Shown here one piece after another: positions 26,517 through 39,552 of a stretch of DNA of 64,000 bases; position 1 is the first letter of the stretch, and each line of letters opens with the position of its first letter. Location: contig NC_088857.1 in assembly GCF_963853765.1 (NCBI RefSeq), forward strand, positions 44,268,001 through 44,332,000, in the 5' to 3' direction. Both the position numbers and the translations under genes were made by a program. Under the pieces are notes generated by a model. It saw nothing but the letters and a program-made list of their open reading frames with translations, was not told the DNA's origin and did not search any database. The stretch is from Magallana gigas (lineage: Eukaryota).

Positions 26517-27951
26517 ATGAACATAGTCATCACAGTTGCTCTTGCTCTCGGTGTTTTTGTTGCTGGTAAGACATCATTTGTAATTAAAAGATCTTCTGTA
26601 ACATTGAATACTTGTTAAAACAGAACTGTAAATTTGATGAAAAGAAATTTTGATATAGTAGCACTTTTGTGTGTAAATAAATTTAAGGATTTTAATAAAA
26701 CCCGGATTTACCGACAAAACAAAACCCCTACTCTCCTATATTTGGCAGTGTCTGAGGCCAGCTATAACTTTGCACCAAAGTACCACGCCTTTAAGTATGC
26801 AGCAGCAAAATTTGTAGCAAGTGGCTGCGGACCAGGGTGGCATCAGTACAACAACCGTTGTTATTGGTTCAGCAGGCAAAAGCTCAACTGGTACACTGCC
26901 TCAGTAAGTGGTCTAATCTAACAAATAGTTCCTTGTTGGTAAAAATGAGATGGTTTATATTTAAATAGGATTAGACACATTATTTGAAAGCGTAAATGAT
27001 AAGGTATAATATTTTGTCTGCATGCAGAAAATGTTAAAGAAAAAATGATAATAGCCTAATATGTTGAAGAACACACTGATCACTAATGTTCCTAGTTCGG
27101 TAAAATAAATATTTCAAAGTTACATCAAACCGTTACTTAAAAATATATTTCTTAATGATAAAAAAACCCCGAGAAAACAAATAATAATCCGCATACGTAT
27201 AACGAAAAATGTAATTCAAAATAGGATTTTTTATTTGCTTTTGATAAAACAACTTGATACATCTCATTTATGTCTGCACAATAATATATATATATTTTAA
27301 ATATTGCAATACCCTTTTTGTTATTGTTCTTGAAAAACGCAAGCTATTTTCAAACCAATGATCTTTTGCTAGATGAAATGTGCCGCCATGGGTGGTTATC
27401 TGGTCTCTATTGACCAGTCTCACGAGAACAGTTACGTCAGACACATGTTGAGTGTCTATGGAGGTATATAAAATCTCTTCTTTAACGGCTTTTGCACATA
27501 TACTGCACTGCATTTGTTTACGTAATAGAAAAGTATACAACATTTAACATTTGTTTTTACTCAAAAGTAAGAGGAGGATCTTGGCTTGGTCTGAACGACA
27601 TTCTGCGACCCAACAAACACAGATGGTGCTGGGGATTCGTTGCCAAGCCCTGCCACAAATTTGACTGGTACAGTAACGAACCCGTGTATCATGAGCACGG
27701 TGACTACAACTGCGGTCTGTTCAAGAGGTCCTACAAATACCACTGGCACGTCGACAGCTGTGGACAAAAGAACCACTATGTTTGCGAAAAACCACTGGTG
27801 AGAATGAAAAGATTCAAAAGTAGTTTAAATTCGATGAAAATGTTTCTCGAGAATAAATTTTCTAGAAATTTACAAAGGTTTAATAATTTGCACGTTTAAT
27901 GTGTATGTATTATTCTCTTTGCAGGGAAAGCCATGTGTTTGTGTTTATTAG
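26517..27951 (+). CDS. C-type lectin-like protein, subfamily A copy A3 (pair 2), 183 aa
   Basis: Exons 26517-26565, 26749-26903, 27373-27463, 27568-27797, 27925-27951. Signal MNIVITVALALGVFVA. Confidence 0.92.
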
Positions 27952-28714
27952 ACTCGTTTTTCAAAATAAAAATGACAGTTAATGTTTTTTGTTTTGCTTT
28001 TTAAAATTAAAAATGCATTAATCTTGTACAAAGATGACAACTAATTTATGAACGAGGGTTGTGCTGAAACGCTTTCGTACAGATTATTGATTAAGTATCA
28101 AACATCAGAAATTTTTGCCTAGAAAGATAAAATACATCTCTCTCGGTGCAATATGAAATTTCTATGTTAAAGGAACTTATAATAAGGCTTTAGTATTTTA
28201 ACTCTTTTATGATAAATAGGAGAGTTTCAAGATTTACGCTACAATCGATTTCAAATATCTGCATTCAGTTTGTAGTCCAATAATACCGATATAAAAACAT
28301 AGTCAAAGGTTAAACAAACGGTACACTTAAATGTATTCTTAAGAGTCTAGCATGTTTTTCCACAGCACCAAAAATCGTTCTCTTTTTAACCGTAAACAAT
28401 AATTCAAATACCATTTGAAAAAATAGAAAATCTAATTGAAATTGTTCTAGTCTCTAACTCAAGTTCGTGTATTTGTTGTAAGAACATGTCAATGTCTCAG
28501 GTTACATATCATATGCTAGTAATAAAACCTTTGTATAATTAAGTCAAAAAATTACAAAAATACCCCAGAATTACATCATCCACTTATTCTATTAATTTCA
28601 AAAACGTTATGGTTTCATGCATAGATTTTTAGGACATGTTTGATACATTTTAGTACAATCTATACTTTTAAATGAAGACATTTTGCCAAAACAAAAATAA
28701 AAATAGCAGTAAAT

Positions 28715-29560
28715 GAATTTAATCTGATGAGTAATTATTGTCAAATCAATTAAAAACCTTTTTTCATTTTCGATAAACCAGCCCGAAATAGCAAAAATAT
28801 GAGTAAGGCGGTGAACACGCTTTTCCGGATCCAAGTCAGTTGGAGTTTGCATCAAATTATATGCTTGCAATGAAATAATATTGAATGATTACGTAAAGAG
28901 TGAATATACTTACTGGGAACTTTCTTTGGGTATATATTAAAGTTAAGATTTGAAAATGTTGAATATTTAAAATAAGTCAATTCGTTTCTTGAACGCGCGA
29001 TTTAAGTTGTAATGACTCTTGCAAAGCATGACCTCTGGCGAGAGAATGAAACAGAACCACCCTGAACAGTGTATCTAAGAACGCAGGTTGACTAATTTAC
29101 GTAAGGTGAAAAGTGTAAATTTAAGCGCTTGATTTTAGTTTGATGTATAAAAAGCTTGCAAAGCACGACACGTGGTTGTAAAATGGGACAGAACTTTCCA
29201 GAAAGGGGAAACCAAAAACGCGGGAAGACTTTAAAATAACGTTATGGCGAAAAGTATAGTACAAGTATACATCACGAATAGCGGGCACACTTTTTGGATT
29301 GGACATCTTTTGTTGATACAAAAAAGTTTATAAATTAAATATAACAATTTGACGAATTTTAGTTTAGAGAACTTTCCAGAACAGGGTGCCAAGGAACGTG
29401 GTTTGACTAATTAACGTCATGGCGGAAAGTGTAGTTCGAGTTCTCCATCGGGCAGATACTTTGGATCTGCCAACTTTGGTTTACAATATGCAAATAAATG
29501 TGCATACACTAGCCTTTTTAAGTTCATACATTTTATATCACAACTGTTTGGTAGTAAACT
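28715..29560 (+). repeat. Dispersed repeat, inverted homolog of 7345-8000
   Basis: Shares the blocks listed for 7345-8000; an AGAACTTTCCAGAA-type motif recurs three times (about 29055, 29190, 29367). Confidence 0.7.
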
Positions 29561-30410
29561 ATGTACATTTGTTTGAAAACAATGAAACGTTTGTGACCTG
29601 TGTTTATATGAATAAATGATGCACAAACGGGGATACCTTCTGAATTTGTAGTTGTCAAAAACAAAAACTAACTATACAGAAAGTATTGATGTGATGATGC
29701 AATCATTTGTCGGGGTATTTATACCCCTTTATTAGATTTTTGGGGTATTTACCATATCAACTGATATTCATACTATGAAGGATTATCAAGTAATGTTGTA
29801 GAGTCGGGTATGTGAAGTTTTATTTATCATTTTTTTTGCTTTCATAACTTTACTCCAAAATAAAAAAAGTAGAATCTAATGACAAAAAGGATTGTGTATA
29901 AAAAATTAACAAAATCTTTATCAAAACTAATGCTATTATTATTCGAAATTGGCTAACTACACCTTAAAATTTATTTTTTCAAATCATCCGAAAATTATTT
30001 GATTACAATAGATAGCATGATGGATAAGAGATGTACAAGTCAAATTGGGAAAAATAACTAATTTTAGATAAAAAATATATATATTTTCGAAAAATTAATT
30101 CAGGAAGCTTAAACTAATGAGCTGTGGTTTAAACCAGAAAGATCAATTAATAAGCTTTGTAGATATACAGGAAAATTGGATGATGCAAACACTTTCACAA
30201 AACAGTTGAATCGCCAGTTGAATCTTGTGACGTAGTATCTTTAAAGTTCTATTACTAGGTGCTGTGAGATATTTTAAGCAAACAATTTGCTGATTTCATC
30301 AAAAGCGAGATGAAAATCACCAATTCTGTACCACTTCTCTTTTACATTAAAAAAATTTTGTAAACAAATTCAATGAGAAGTATCATAACCATCCGAAGCA
30401 TCGTTTTTAA

Positions 30411-31528
30411 TTATGCCCCCCTTCGAAGAAGAGAGGGCATATTGCTTTGCTGCTGTCTGTCGGTCGGTCGGTCGGTCGGTCGGTCAACCAACAGATTCCA
30501 TTCATTTTCTTCGCAGAGGATGAATATATTGAATTGAAATTTGGTATACAGGCTTATCATGATAACATTTAGGTGAAGTTCGATATTGGGTACGACAGAG
30601 TTATGGCCCTTGGACGTACAAAAACTCCAGTTATTTGCAGTTTCCGCTCATTTTCTTCGCACGGGATGAACATATTGAAATGAAATTTTGTAAACAGCTT
30701 TATTATGATTAAATCTAGGTCAGATATTGGGTACGATCGAGAGAGCAATTTTCTACAGAGTTATGGCCCTTTGACGTACAAAAATTTCAGTTATTTGCAG
30801 TTTCCGCTCATTGTCTTCGCAAGGGATAAATAAATTGAAATAAAATTTGGTATACAGGTTATCATGACAATATCTAAGTCAAGTTTGATATTGGGTACGA
30901 TCAAGAAATTTTCGACAAAGTTATGGCCCTTGAAATTATAAAAATTCCAGTTATTTGAAGTTTCCACTCATTTTTTCGTAGAGGATCAACACATTAAAAG
31001 GAAATTTGGTATACAGATTTATCATGATAATATCTAGGTCAAGTTTGATATTGGTTTCGATCAAGCAATTTTCGACAGAGTCATGGCCCTTTGACGTACA
31101 AAAATGTCAGTTATTTGCAGTTTCCGCTCATTTTCTTCCCCTGGGATGAACATATTGAAATGAAATTTGGTATACAGGTTTATTATCATAATATCTAGGT
31201 CAAGTTTAATATTGGGTATCATCAAGCAATTTTCGACAGAGTTATGCCCCTTGGACGTACAAAAATTTCAGTTATTTGAAGTTTCCGCTCATTTTTTTCG
31301 CAGAGAATGAACATATTATAATGAAATTTGGTATACAGGTTATCATGATAATATCTAGGTCAAGTTTGATATTGAGTACGATCAAACAATTTTTGACAGA
31401 GTTATGGCTCTTGGACGTAGAAAAATGTCAGTTATTTGCAGTTTCCGCTCATTTTCTTCGCAGAGGATGAACATATTGTAATGAAATTTGTTATACAGGT
31501 TTATCTATATTATATCTAGGTCAAGTTT
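30411..31528 (+). mobile_element. 3'-truncated non-autonomous Helentron-type element with about 160-bp tandem repeats
   Basis: 5' hairpin ATGCCCCCCTTCGAAGAAGAGAGGGCAT, a (GTCG)n microsatellite, then about 6 units with TTGGTATACAG at 30847, 31006, 31167, 31328. Same architecture as 59286-62090. Confidence 0.75.
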
Positions 31529-31744
31529 AGATACAGTATCCATCCCAGTTTCAATGCTCTCAACTTAAAGACCGGGGTTGACCTAGTAAAATATCCACAC
31601 GGACGGCAATTAAGCATATAAGGAGGCAGGCCACACCTCCTCACTGATAACACTGCAGAGTGAAGTTATTTATGGATAGCTGCATACCACAAGCACGTGC
31701 TGATAAGAGAATTAAAAGATCACAAGAAACCTGATTAATTTTTA

Positions 31745-33344
31745 TTATTTCCTTCGTTTTGAAAACACAGATTTAATGTATCTTTTCCAAATGTTATTTC
31801 TGAACTGATATGTTTGTTTCTTGTAGTTCTTTTTACCCACTTTTCTTCTTGGGGCTTTAGGGTCACTTTTGTAAGAAACTGAAGTGAAATCCCTCCCAAC
31901 ATTTTCATTCCAGTGACATGTACCTAAAAATGCCCGCACTTTATACTGGTCACTACCGAAAGCAATCCTTTTGTCTTCATAAATATTTAAAGTGTTGTTA
32001 AAACTTTCAACATAGTAAGTGTCACGTCCTAATTTAAAATCTTCAGGGTATTTATAAATCAGTGAATTGATAATGACATTTCTCAATAATTTTTCAGCCA
32101 CTGGGTTCTGTATAACAATTTTAGATGGTTCATAGTTAGGGTCCTTTTAACATCTTGATTCCGAATGACACTGCTTGTGATTCCCTTTGTAGTGTTCAAC
32201 ACAGTTTTCTAACATTGATCTTAAAGTGCTGGAATCTCCATTGCAATTCTTTATCGCCCAATAAAAATGAGTTGCTACAGGTTCAGGTTTGTCATACAAC
32301 TCCTCGGACCAGGTTTTCCCCTCTTTGTATCTAGGCCCGCTAGAAACTAATGACATTGCCTTTTTTACACTTTTAATCCCATGCCAGATATCATTTTGGT
32401 TTGTTGTACTCACTGCTTCCTTCACCATTTTATTGATGGAAAGGTTGCGGTCATGGGTGTGAATTTGAACAGTGACTTGTTCTACCTTCTAAATCACGGT
32501 AATTTTTTTCAGTCCCGATTTTTTCATGTCGCTGTGTTACAGGATCATCAGCAGTGGTAATGTGCACGCAATTTAAAATCTTGTGACTTTTTTCGCCAAC
32601 TGCTACTACACTGGTGTCCTTGGCATTTTTCCGCCACCCGTGCCGAGCATCTGTGATGATATCAATTCCATCTAAATCTTCGTACATACCGATTTCTTCC
32701 AACAGCGCAGTACTTATGGAATCCTCATACTCCTGTTGTACAAACGTTTTGTACATTTTAAAAAAAGAAGTTCTCTTTTCTTTCGACAGCACTCCAAGTC
32801 CTGCAGAAGTGCAAAATCGGGAGTAATGGGAAGGAAGCATGCCACTACACAGGAAAGCATGGTTTATTCTTTGGTTTATTAAATATTTTCCATTTGGCAG
32901 ATAGGGAGATGATGCCCAAATGTACTTATGTGGAGCATGTCCTGGTTTTGTACAGCATAACTTCAAAGAGACGACATGTCCACGTTTTGTCACTTTTCTA
33001 ACTTCCAATTTTCCATGACAATACCTTCCATGAGTAGCAGTTATATCCATAAGCTTCTTGATAGAAGATAGTGATGTCACAAAAAAGTCTTGGTTAACCT
33101 GTCCTCTCTTTACATTGATAAAGGTTCCTGGTGTTTTAGGACTTTGTTCTTCATCTTCAGCAGATAACTTCCAAGAATTCAACAAAGCATCCATTATATC
33201 TGTATTGTTGACAGGTCTTCCCAATTTTCTTACAAGAACTTCTCTTACACTTTGGAGATTGTGCAACATTTCCTGCTTCTTTTCAGCACTTGCTGGAATT
33301 TCCAACTTAAAAGTTGGGGGACGTTTTCGTTTGCTTTCTTCCAT
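31745..33344 (-). pseudogene. Kolobok-type DDE transposase with one frameshift and one in-frame stop (about 530 codons reconstructed)
   Basis: ORF 33344-32451 has a C..C...H..W.SSP region and DARHGWRKNAK. A +1 shift near 32490 restores QIHTHDRNLSINKMVKE. HYKGNHKQCH follows; TAA at 32149-47 is in frame with the last ORF (YVESFNN). Confidence 0.8.
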
Positions 33345-33951
33345 GATTAAAATTAAAGACTCAGTATAATAACAGTATATATGTACTTTTTGCTATGGAT
33401 GGCAACAAATGAAAATATATATGTATATACATATATACTCTTAGTATCATATTTCACTGGGCTGTGCCATTATTAGAGTTGTGAAAGTCTTGCTGTTAAA
33501 GTGTACTTTCCACAATTAATGGTAAATCCAATAACTCTGAATATGCTTGTGAAATTTATTTAATAAATGTAGTTTTGAATAAAGACCAAAAGTCTCAATT
33601 CATGATACATGTAAAACTTTTTAAAAATGTGGTAAAAATAAAGATGATCCACCCCCATGGACGCTCTGTTGGAAGAGTCTAATGCACATGAGTCCTGGCT
33701 CAGTGGGGAATCCCTCCCGCCAAATGTCAATAAATCAGCCTCCAAATCAGCAAACTTGTGTGAGGTTCCACAGAGGTGTTTTCATAATAATGAGATATTT
33801 ACCATGAAATTATTGGCAGTAAACTTACTTCTGAACTATCTTTGTATTAGAAAAAAGCATTTTTCCCAATACATTCAAATTTTGTTTTACAATATAACTG
33901 TGAATATTTGATGTAAAGTATTTTAGAATATACCAGTACTAAAATATCCTT

Positions 33952-34548
33952 TTGTTTTACCTCTGCCTTAATAAAATTCCCTCCAAAATACTCAGAAACA
34001 AAATAATGGCGGAAAAAGAAGACACAAGTGTAATTTCACTGAGGGTAAATTCAGAGCAAAGAGAAGCAATTATACAGTTTTTTAACTTCAATAATTGGGA
34101 TTTGGAAGAAGCAACAGGTGAAGGAATTCAGAGCAATGCTGATGAGACAGATGAGAATGGTGACGTGCTGGGAAATTTTGAACGGACATTTCACATTCCC
34201 CAGGACAACAATGTTGAGGAATGTCCCCATTGCTTATGCAGACCCTGTATAACCAATGAAAGAAACCATCAGATGTGGTGGAAATCGGAATGTGAACCAC
34301 CAAGCAGACGGAATAGTTCTCTAAGAAAAGAAAAATATAAATTTTTCTGGACTATGCTGTTCCACAGAGGTGTATTTCAAGACCCAAGATACAAAAGCCG
34401 AAAACTTGAGATTATGCACCAAAATCCGAGGCTGCGTGGCGTAGTTTGTCATCGTAGGGATGTTTTACCTTCATGTGTTTTAGAGACAGTGAGAAGGTGG
34501 CTTCCAAATCTAAAAAATGTGCCATATATGGGACATCGCTGGGAGTAA
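33952..34548 (+). CDS. KolX-like accessory protein of the Kolobok element (likely start ATG 34006)
   Basis: Intact ORF with CPHCLCRPC and a C-terminal RRDVLPSCVLETVRRWLP...YMG motif resembling KolX and the P2X7 ballast/nanor-like domain (recognised from memory). Confidence 0.7.
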   Translation: MFYLCLNKIPSKILRNKIMAEKEDTSVISLRVNSEQREAIIQFFNFNNWDLEEATGEGIQSNADETDENGDVLGNFERTFHIPQDNNVEECPHCLCRPCITNERNHQMWWKSECEPPSRRNSSLRKEKYKFFWTMLFHRGVFQDPRYKSRKLEIMHQNPRLRGVVCHRRDVLPSCVLETVRRWLPNLKNVPYMGHRWE

Positions 34549-35391
34549 AACCCTCATACATTTTTAATGATAATTGGTAATGTTTTCGATCAGTGTGCTG
34601 TATATCATTGATAACATTTTATAATCTCGAAGTCCGACTGTAATTAATCCGTCCACGAAGGCCCCATGCATTCATTGATAAGGAACTTGATACGGAGAGT
34701 AAAGCAGCAGGACGGACACTAGGCTGTAAACATGTGTGTTCTTTCTATTTGTATATGATTAGCAAAGTGATAACGAAGTGATAAAACAATTACAGGGATT
34801 ACTTTGTGTTATTCAGTTTTGAGGTAAGACAAGCTGTCCGCCATTTATTGTGAGTGCGTCTATAGCAATAGGCATTTCCGGTAGAAATGTAAACAATAAG
34901 CAACTGTCAATCAAATCTGAGGAAATTTGAATTTCTGGTTCACTTCAAAACTTTAAATGAAAATTTCAAGAGAAATAAAGCACCTATAATTAATATTTTA
35001 TTATCTGAAAAAGCCTTTCAGTTGACTTGAGTTATGGAACAAAAATTATTTTAAAATTTTTGTTGATAAATGTTTAAATTCAGAAATTTCTTCTCTGAAG
35101 TGAAAGGTGGCAAGAAAATTGAAATTTCCTCCATTTTACTCATTGGCTGCTATTTATACCCCAACCCCGGTCTTTAAAGGACTCTATTGATGATATACAC
35201 GCATGTATATTAATGATATAACAGTTTTCTAACATTATTAAGTTCTGATATCAAATGTTGATCTATAAGACAATCCTCTAACCACCCCTCTCTACTGAAC
35301 AGATATCATCTTTATACTAAAATAATACAATGTGGTGAATAAAAAAACAAGTACTATTTTCTGTACTTTGAATTTATTTTCAAGATAAAGT

Positions 35392-36638
35392 CTAATAAAC
35401 ACAAACACATGGCTTTCCCTGCAAAAGAGAATAAAATATGCACATCACAGTTGCAAAATACATGTAGTTTATCCGTTATATAAAAAAAACCTCAAAACAA
35501 ATACTAGTAGCTGTCAATTTTTTTGTTATTATTCATCGGTCTTGATATTTTGTAACTGTTTGTTCTTACCAGTGGTTTTTCGCAAACATAGTGGTTCTTT
35601 TGTCCACAGCTGTCGACGTGCCAGTGGTATTTGTAGGACCTCTTGAACAGACCGCAGTTGTAGTCACCATGCTCATGATACACGGGTTCGTTACTGTACC
35701 AGTCAAATTTGTGGCAGGGCTTGGCAACGAATCCCCAGCACCACCTGTGTTTGTTGGGTCGCAGAATGTCGTTCAGACCAAGCCAAGATCCTCCTCTTAC
35801 TATCCAGTTAAAATCAATGGTAAGGTTACAATTCCTAATATTTCATTCACTTGAGAAATCGAAAAGAAATATGAATGTTTAAAAGTAAAAGGGCTAGGAA
35901 AATAATACCTCCATAGACACTCAACATGTGTCTGACGTAAGTATTTTCGTGAGATTGGTCAATTGAGACCAGATAACCACCCATGGCGGCACATTTCATC
36001 TATCAAAAGACAATATAAAAATTTAATTTAAAATTTAAAAACCATAGTATTACAATGAAAATCACTATTATATTAAAAATATTCAAACATACAGCTATCA
36101 TATGTTACTTCGACGCTTACTAAGGCTGAAAATTGAAAAAAAAATTATTTTAACTTTTTATTTTACCGCCAATGTTTCAGTTTTGCACTTCGACAAGAAA
36201 GTTACTTGTATCACTATCAGATCAAATCTTCATAACCACTTACTGAGGCAGTGTACCAGTTGAGCTTTTGTCTGCTGAACCAATAACAACGGTTGTTGTA
36301 CTGATGCCATCCTGGTCCGCAGCCACTTGCTACAAATTTTGCTGCTGCATACTTAAAGGCGTGGTACTTTGGTGCAAAGTCATAGCTGGCCTCAGACACT
36401 GCCAAATATAGAGAAGAGAAGATCTTCCAGATCTCTTCTAAACTTAGATATCTGCGCTATAATCAATATTCATTTTAAAAACTAATTTTCCTTATGATAG
36501 ATTTTTCTGTCTGGTTTGAATTTCATCAATTTAACAGATTCCTTTAAAAACAAATACGAAGTTGATTTTAATTACAAATGTTGTCTTACCAGCTACAAAT
36601 ACTCCGAAAGCAAGAGCAACTGCAACGAATATGTTCAT
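35392..36638 (-). CDS. C-type lectin-like protein, subfamily A copy A4 (pair 3), 183 aa
   Basis: Exons 36638-36590, 36398-36244, 35999-35909, 35799-35570, 35418-35392. Signal MNIFVAVALAFGVFVA. Confidence 0.92.
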
Positions 36639-36977
36639 CTTGGAATAGTTTCTGATTGGTGACTTCTGTAAAATATATATACTTTTATAATGTTGGCGAC
36701 CTGAAATCAATTTCCATATTTTCGCCTTAATCATGTGTGTCAAATTAACCATACTCTTCTTAACATAACGAAGTCACATTTTGTTACGCAAATTCAGCAA
36801 TTTTTTGATTTGCAATGTCTTTTACGCAAATATATATGCTGCATTAATTTCTTCTACTCAGCTAAACATTTTACATGAATAGCGTTTATATACTTTGTTA
36901 ATGCTGTGAACTTTTGCAAATATATATAATGCACACTATCGGAGAGCAATGGACAGTTTCCGAAAGATACCGGAGCC
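36639..36977. promoter_or_regulatory. Putative bidirectional promoter, pair 3 (A4/B3), 339 bp
   Basis: Divergent ATGs; TTTTATAATG, TCAAATTAACCAT, TTACGCAAATTCAGCAA and TATATATAA present. Confidence 0.7.
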
Positions 36978-38312
36978 ATGAAGTCGTTTGTAGCATTCAT
37001 TTTTGTGCTTTGTCTCTGGGCAGGTAAACTTCAGCTAATGATTTGTTTCTTTTAAAAGAGTTTTATCTAACCTACGTGATGTTTCGGAAAATTAAAAAAA
37101 TACATGTACTACTTAAAAACGAGATAAACTGTTTACTTCCTACGAATTTGTTGAAATCGGTAAACGTTTTGAATTTCTTTTAGCTTGAATGTAAAAAAAG
37201 TACTGAAGGATAACATTAAAATGATACCCAATGTTTTGAAATAAAAAAACCCAAGTCTTAATCGGACGTGAAGTTTTGGAACTGGTACACAAGATGGTTA
37301 CCTTGTTTAAATTCATTTTCTTATTTTAGTTGTAAATGCCAGCTATGATAATGCCCCCAAATACAGTGCCTTTGGTTATGCCGCCGCAAAGCTCACTGGC
37401 AGACACTGTCCTCCCGGATGGCTCCAGTACCACCAGAGCTGTTACTACTTCAGCAGAGACAGGCTGAGCTGGTGGCAGGCTTCGGTAATATATATACAGC
37501 CATGCCAAAACATATATATTAAATCAGCAACACTACGGTGATGAATATCATTGGTGAAAATAAACCTAATCCGCTTAATGCCTGATGTGTTTTTACTTAA
37601 AACACATTTTTTTCTGTTCTAATTCAGATGAAATGTGCCTCTATGGGAGGGTTCTTGTGTAACATTGATGAAGCTCACGAGAACACTTACATCAGACATC
37701 ACCTGTCTATGTACCAAGGTATTTTACCGGCAAATATTTAAATTGTTTAACTCGGAGGTTTATATATAAAGTAGACCTGCAAAATTCAATTATAATGCTT
37801 ACATCAATTGAAAATGCAAAGAAAGTGACTGACAGTGTTCAAACAGTTCAACAGCAAGAAAAAAGTATGAATCAAGCTTCACATTTGATAGTGTATAAGT
37901 ATGCAGATTGGTCAAGGGTCAGAATACTTATGTAACATTTTACTTTAAATACATGTATGTTCTGCTTTTATAGTATCCCCTGGAGCGTGGTTCGGTTTGA
38001 ACGACTGTTTGTATCCCAACGTCCACAGATGGGGCTGGGGATTCTCCAACAAACGATGCCACAAGTTTGACTGGTATGCTGGCGAGCCTGTGTACCATCA
38101 GAAAGGAGACTATAACTGTGGTATCTTCTGGAGCAGCTACAAATATCACTGGCATGTCGATAGCTGTACCCAGAGAAACTATTACGTTTGTGAGATGAAG
38201 ATGGTAAGTAGATGATAGTAATTTGAGTTTACAATTATTCTCAAATGCAAATAACAATGAATTTACATTTTTTCTTTAATTTCAGGGCAAGCCTTGCAAG
38301 TGTCAATACTAA
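36978..38312 (+). CDS. C-type lectin-like protein, subfamily B copy B3 (pair 3), 182 aa
   Basis: Exons 36978-37023, 37330-37484, 37628-37718, 37974-38203, 38286-38312. Signal MKSFVAFIFVLCLWA. Confidence 0.92.
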
Positions 38313-39099
38313 GTAAACGTGGAGTGATATAAAAATAAAAATATTTAGATTACACTCCACTTTGTTTTGTTTTTTACGTCGGTGATTTTATGATATAGTT
38401 TATAATGTTGCCGTTTATTTTGAATTTTCGCAAAGATATATTGATTTTGAAAGTGTCACGGTTAAGAAATTTGACGATGATTGATATGGTGTTGTAATAA
38501 ACAGATAAGGGCAATGTTCATCAATGTGGAAAATCGTGTGATTTGAGGTGTGTGGTTATCTCTATGTCTGCACCAGAAAGACTAGAAATTATTTGCTTTT
38601 GTGACATACATGTATCTACTTTCGATAGACTTGATGGTGATAAATATATATTTAAATTTTGGATCCTAACGCGGTTCATTCCCGCGTACCTGAAACAATT
38701 GTACACAAAAGTATATTAATGTTAAGCACTGAATTAAGGAACGTTGTCAAAAACACAGATATTCTGTCATAGATATTTTATATATAAAGCACGGTCATTA
38801 ATTGATAGTTTTCTACAACATATGAACATATGCAAAAGGATGAAGATGCTGTAAACATGCCTATGCGTCATTGCAATGTAAGGTAATGAAGATTTAAATT
38901 ATATTTGTGGTCATGCACAAGCATACATTTGAATCATTTACAATCAAAGTATTTCGAAAATCGTAATTTGGCTTTGGATGTAACCGACGATTGTTTTGAT
39001 TTATGGTAATATTTATAACGTAGCTTATACTTTATACATTCTGCATAATGCGTGCAAGTTCTAAACAGTTATGATAATGCATGCATGACATAAATATAT

Positions 39100-39374
39100 A
39101 TTGCATATTTTTTAAAAAGCACACAAGAATATAAGTGAGAAAATTAATCCTTTATTTTTGTAAACAATTCGTCCTTTATGGATCCTCTATGAACTAAATG
39201 TAAAATTGTTTATTCTCAACAAAGAGCAAATATCACACATGAAATTACATGAACATGTAGATGTATTGCTCATTATTATTTACTTTTAATGTCATGTGAT
39301 GTTTTAAACTTACATATTTATTACTATTTATTGCTGTAGAGGTTTATTACAAATAACTGATGTAAAGGTTGCAT

Positions 39375-39406
<32 letters not shown>

Positions 39407-39517
39407 TCGAAGGATAATTGTGTTTGCCAGGGGGGGGGGGGGGTCCGAGGCATATTTTCGCGATAATTTTACTATGTAAATTTAATAAATTTTCATTTTC
39501 CAGGGGGGGGGGGGTCG

Positions 39518-39552
<35 letters not shown>

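Larger units (their letters stand above)
31569..35173 (-). mobile_element. Kolobok-superfamily DNA transposon, 3605 bp, both ends intact
   Basis: 12-bp TIRs AGACCGGGGTTG / CAACCCCGGTCT flanked by TTAA (31565-68, 35174-77); contains a DDE transposase and an oppositely oriented KolX-like ORF. Confidence 0.85.

Noticed and set aside
33657-33911. Short ORF between the transposase and KolX
   Set aside because: No motif recognised and no convincing splice link to either gene.
31569-35173. Long terminal direct repeats of the KolobokP type
   Set aside because: No second AGACCGGGGTTG or CAACCCCGGTCT inside the element, and the two ends share no direct repeat by eye.
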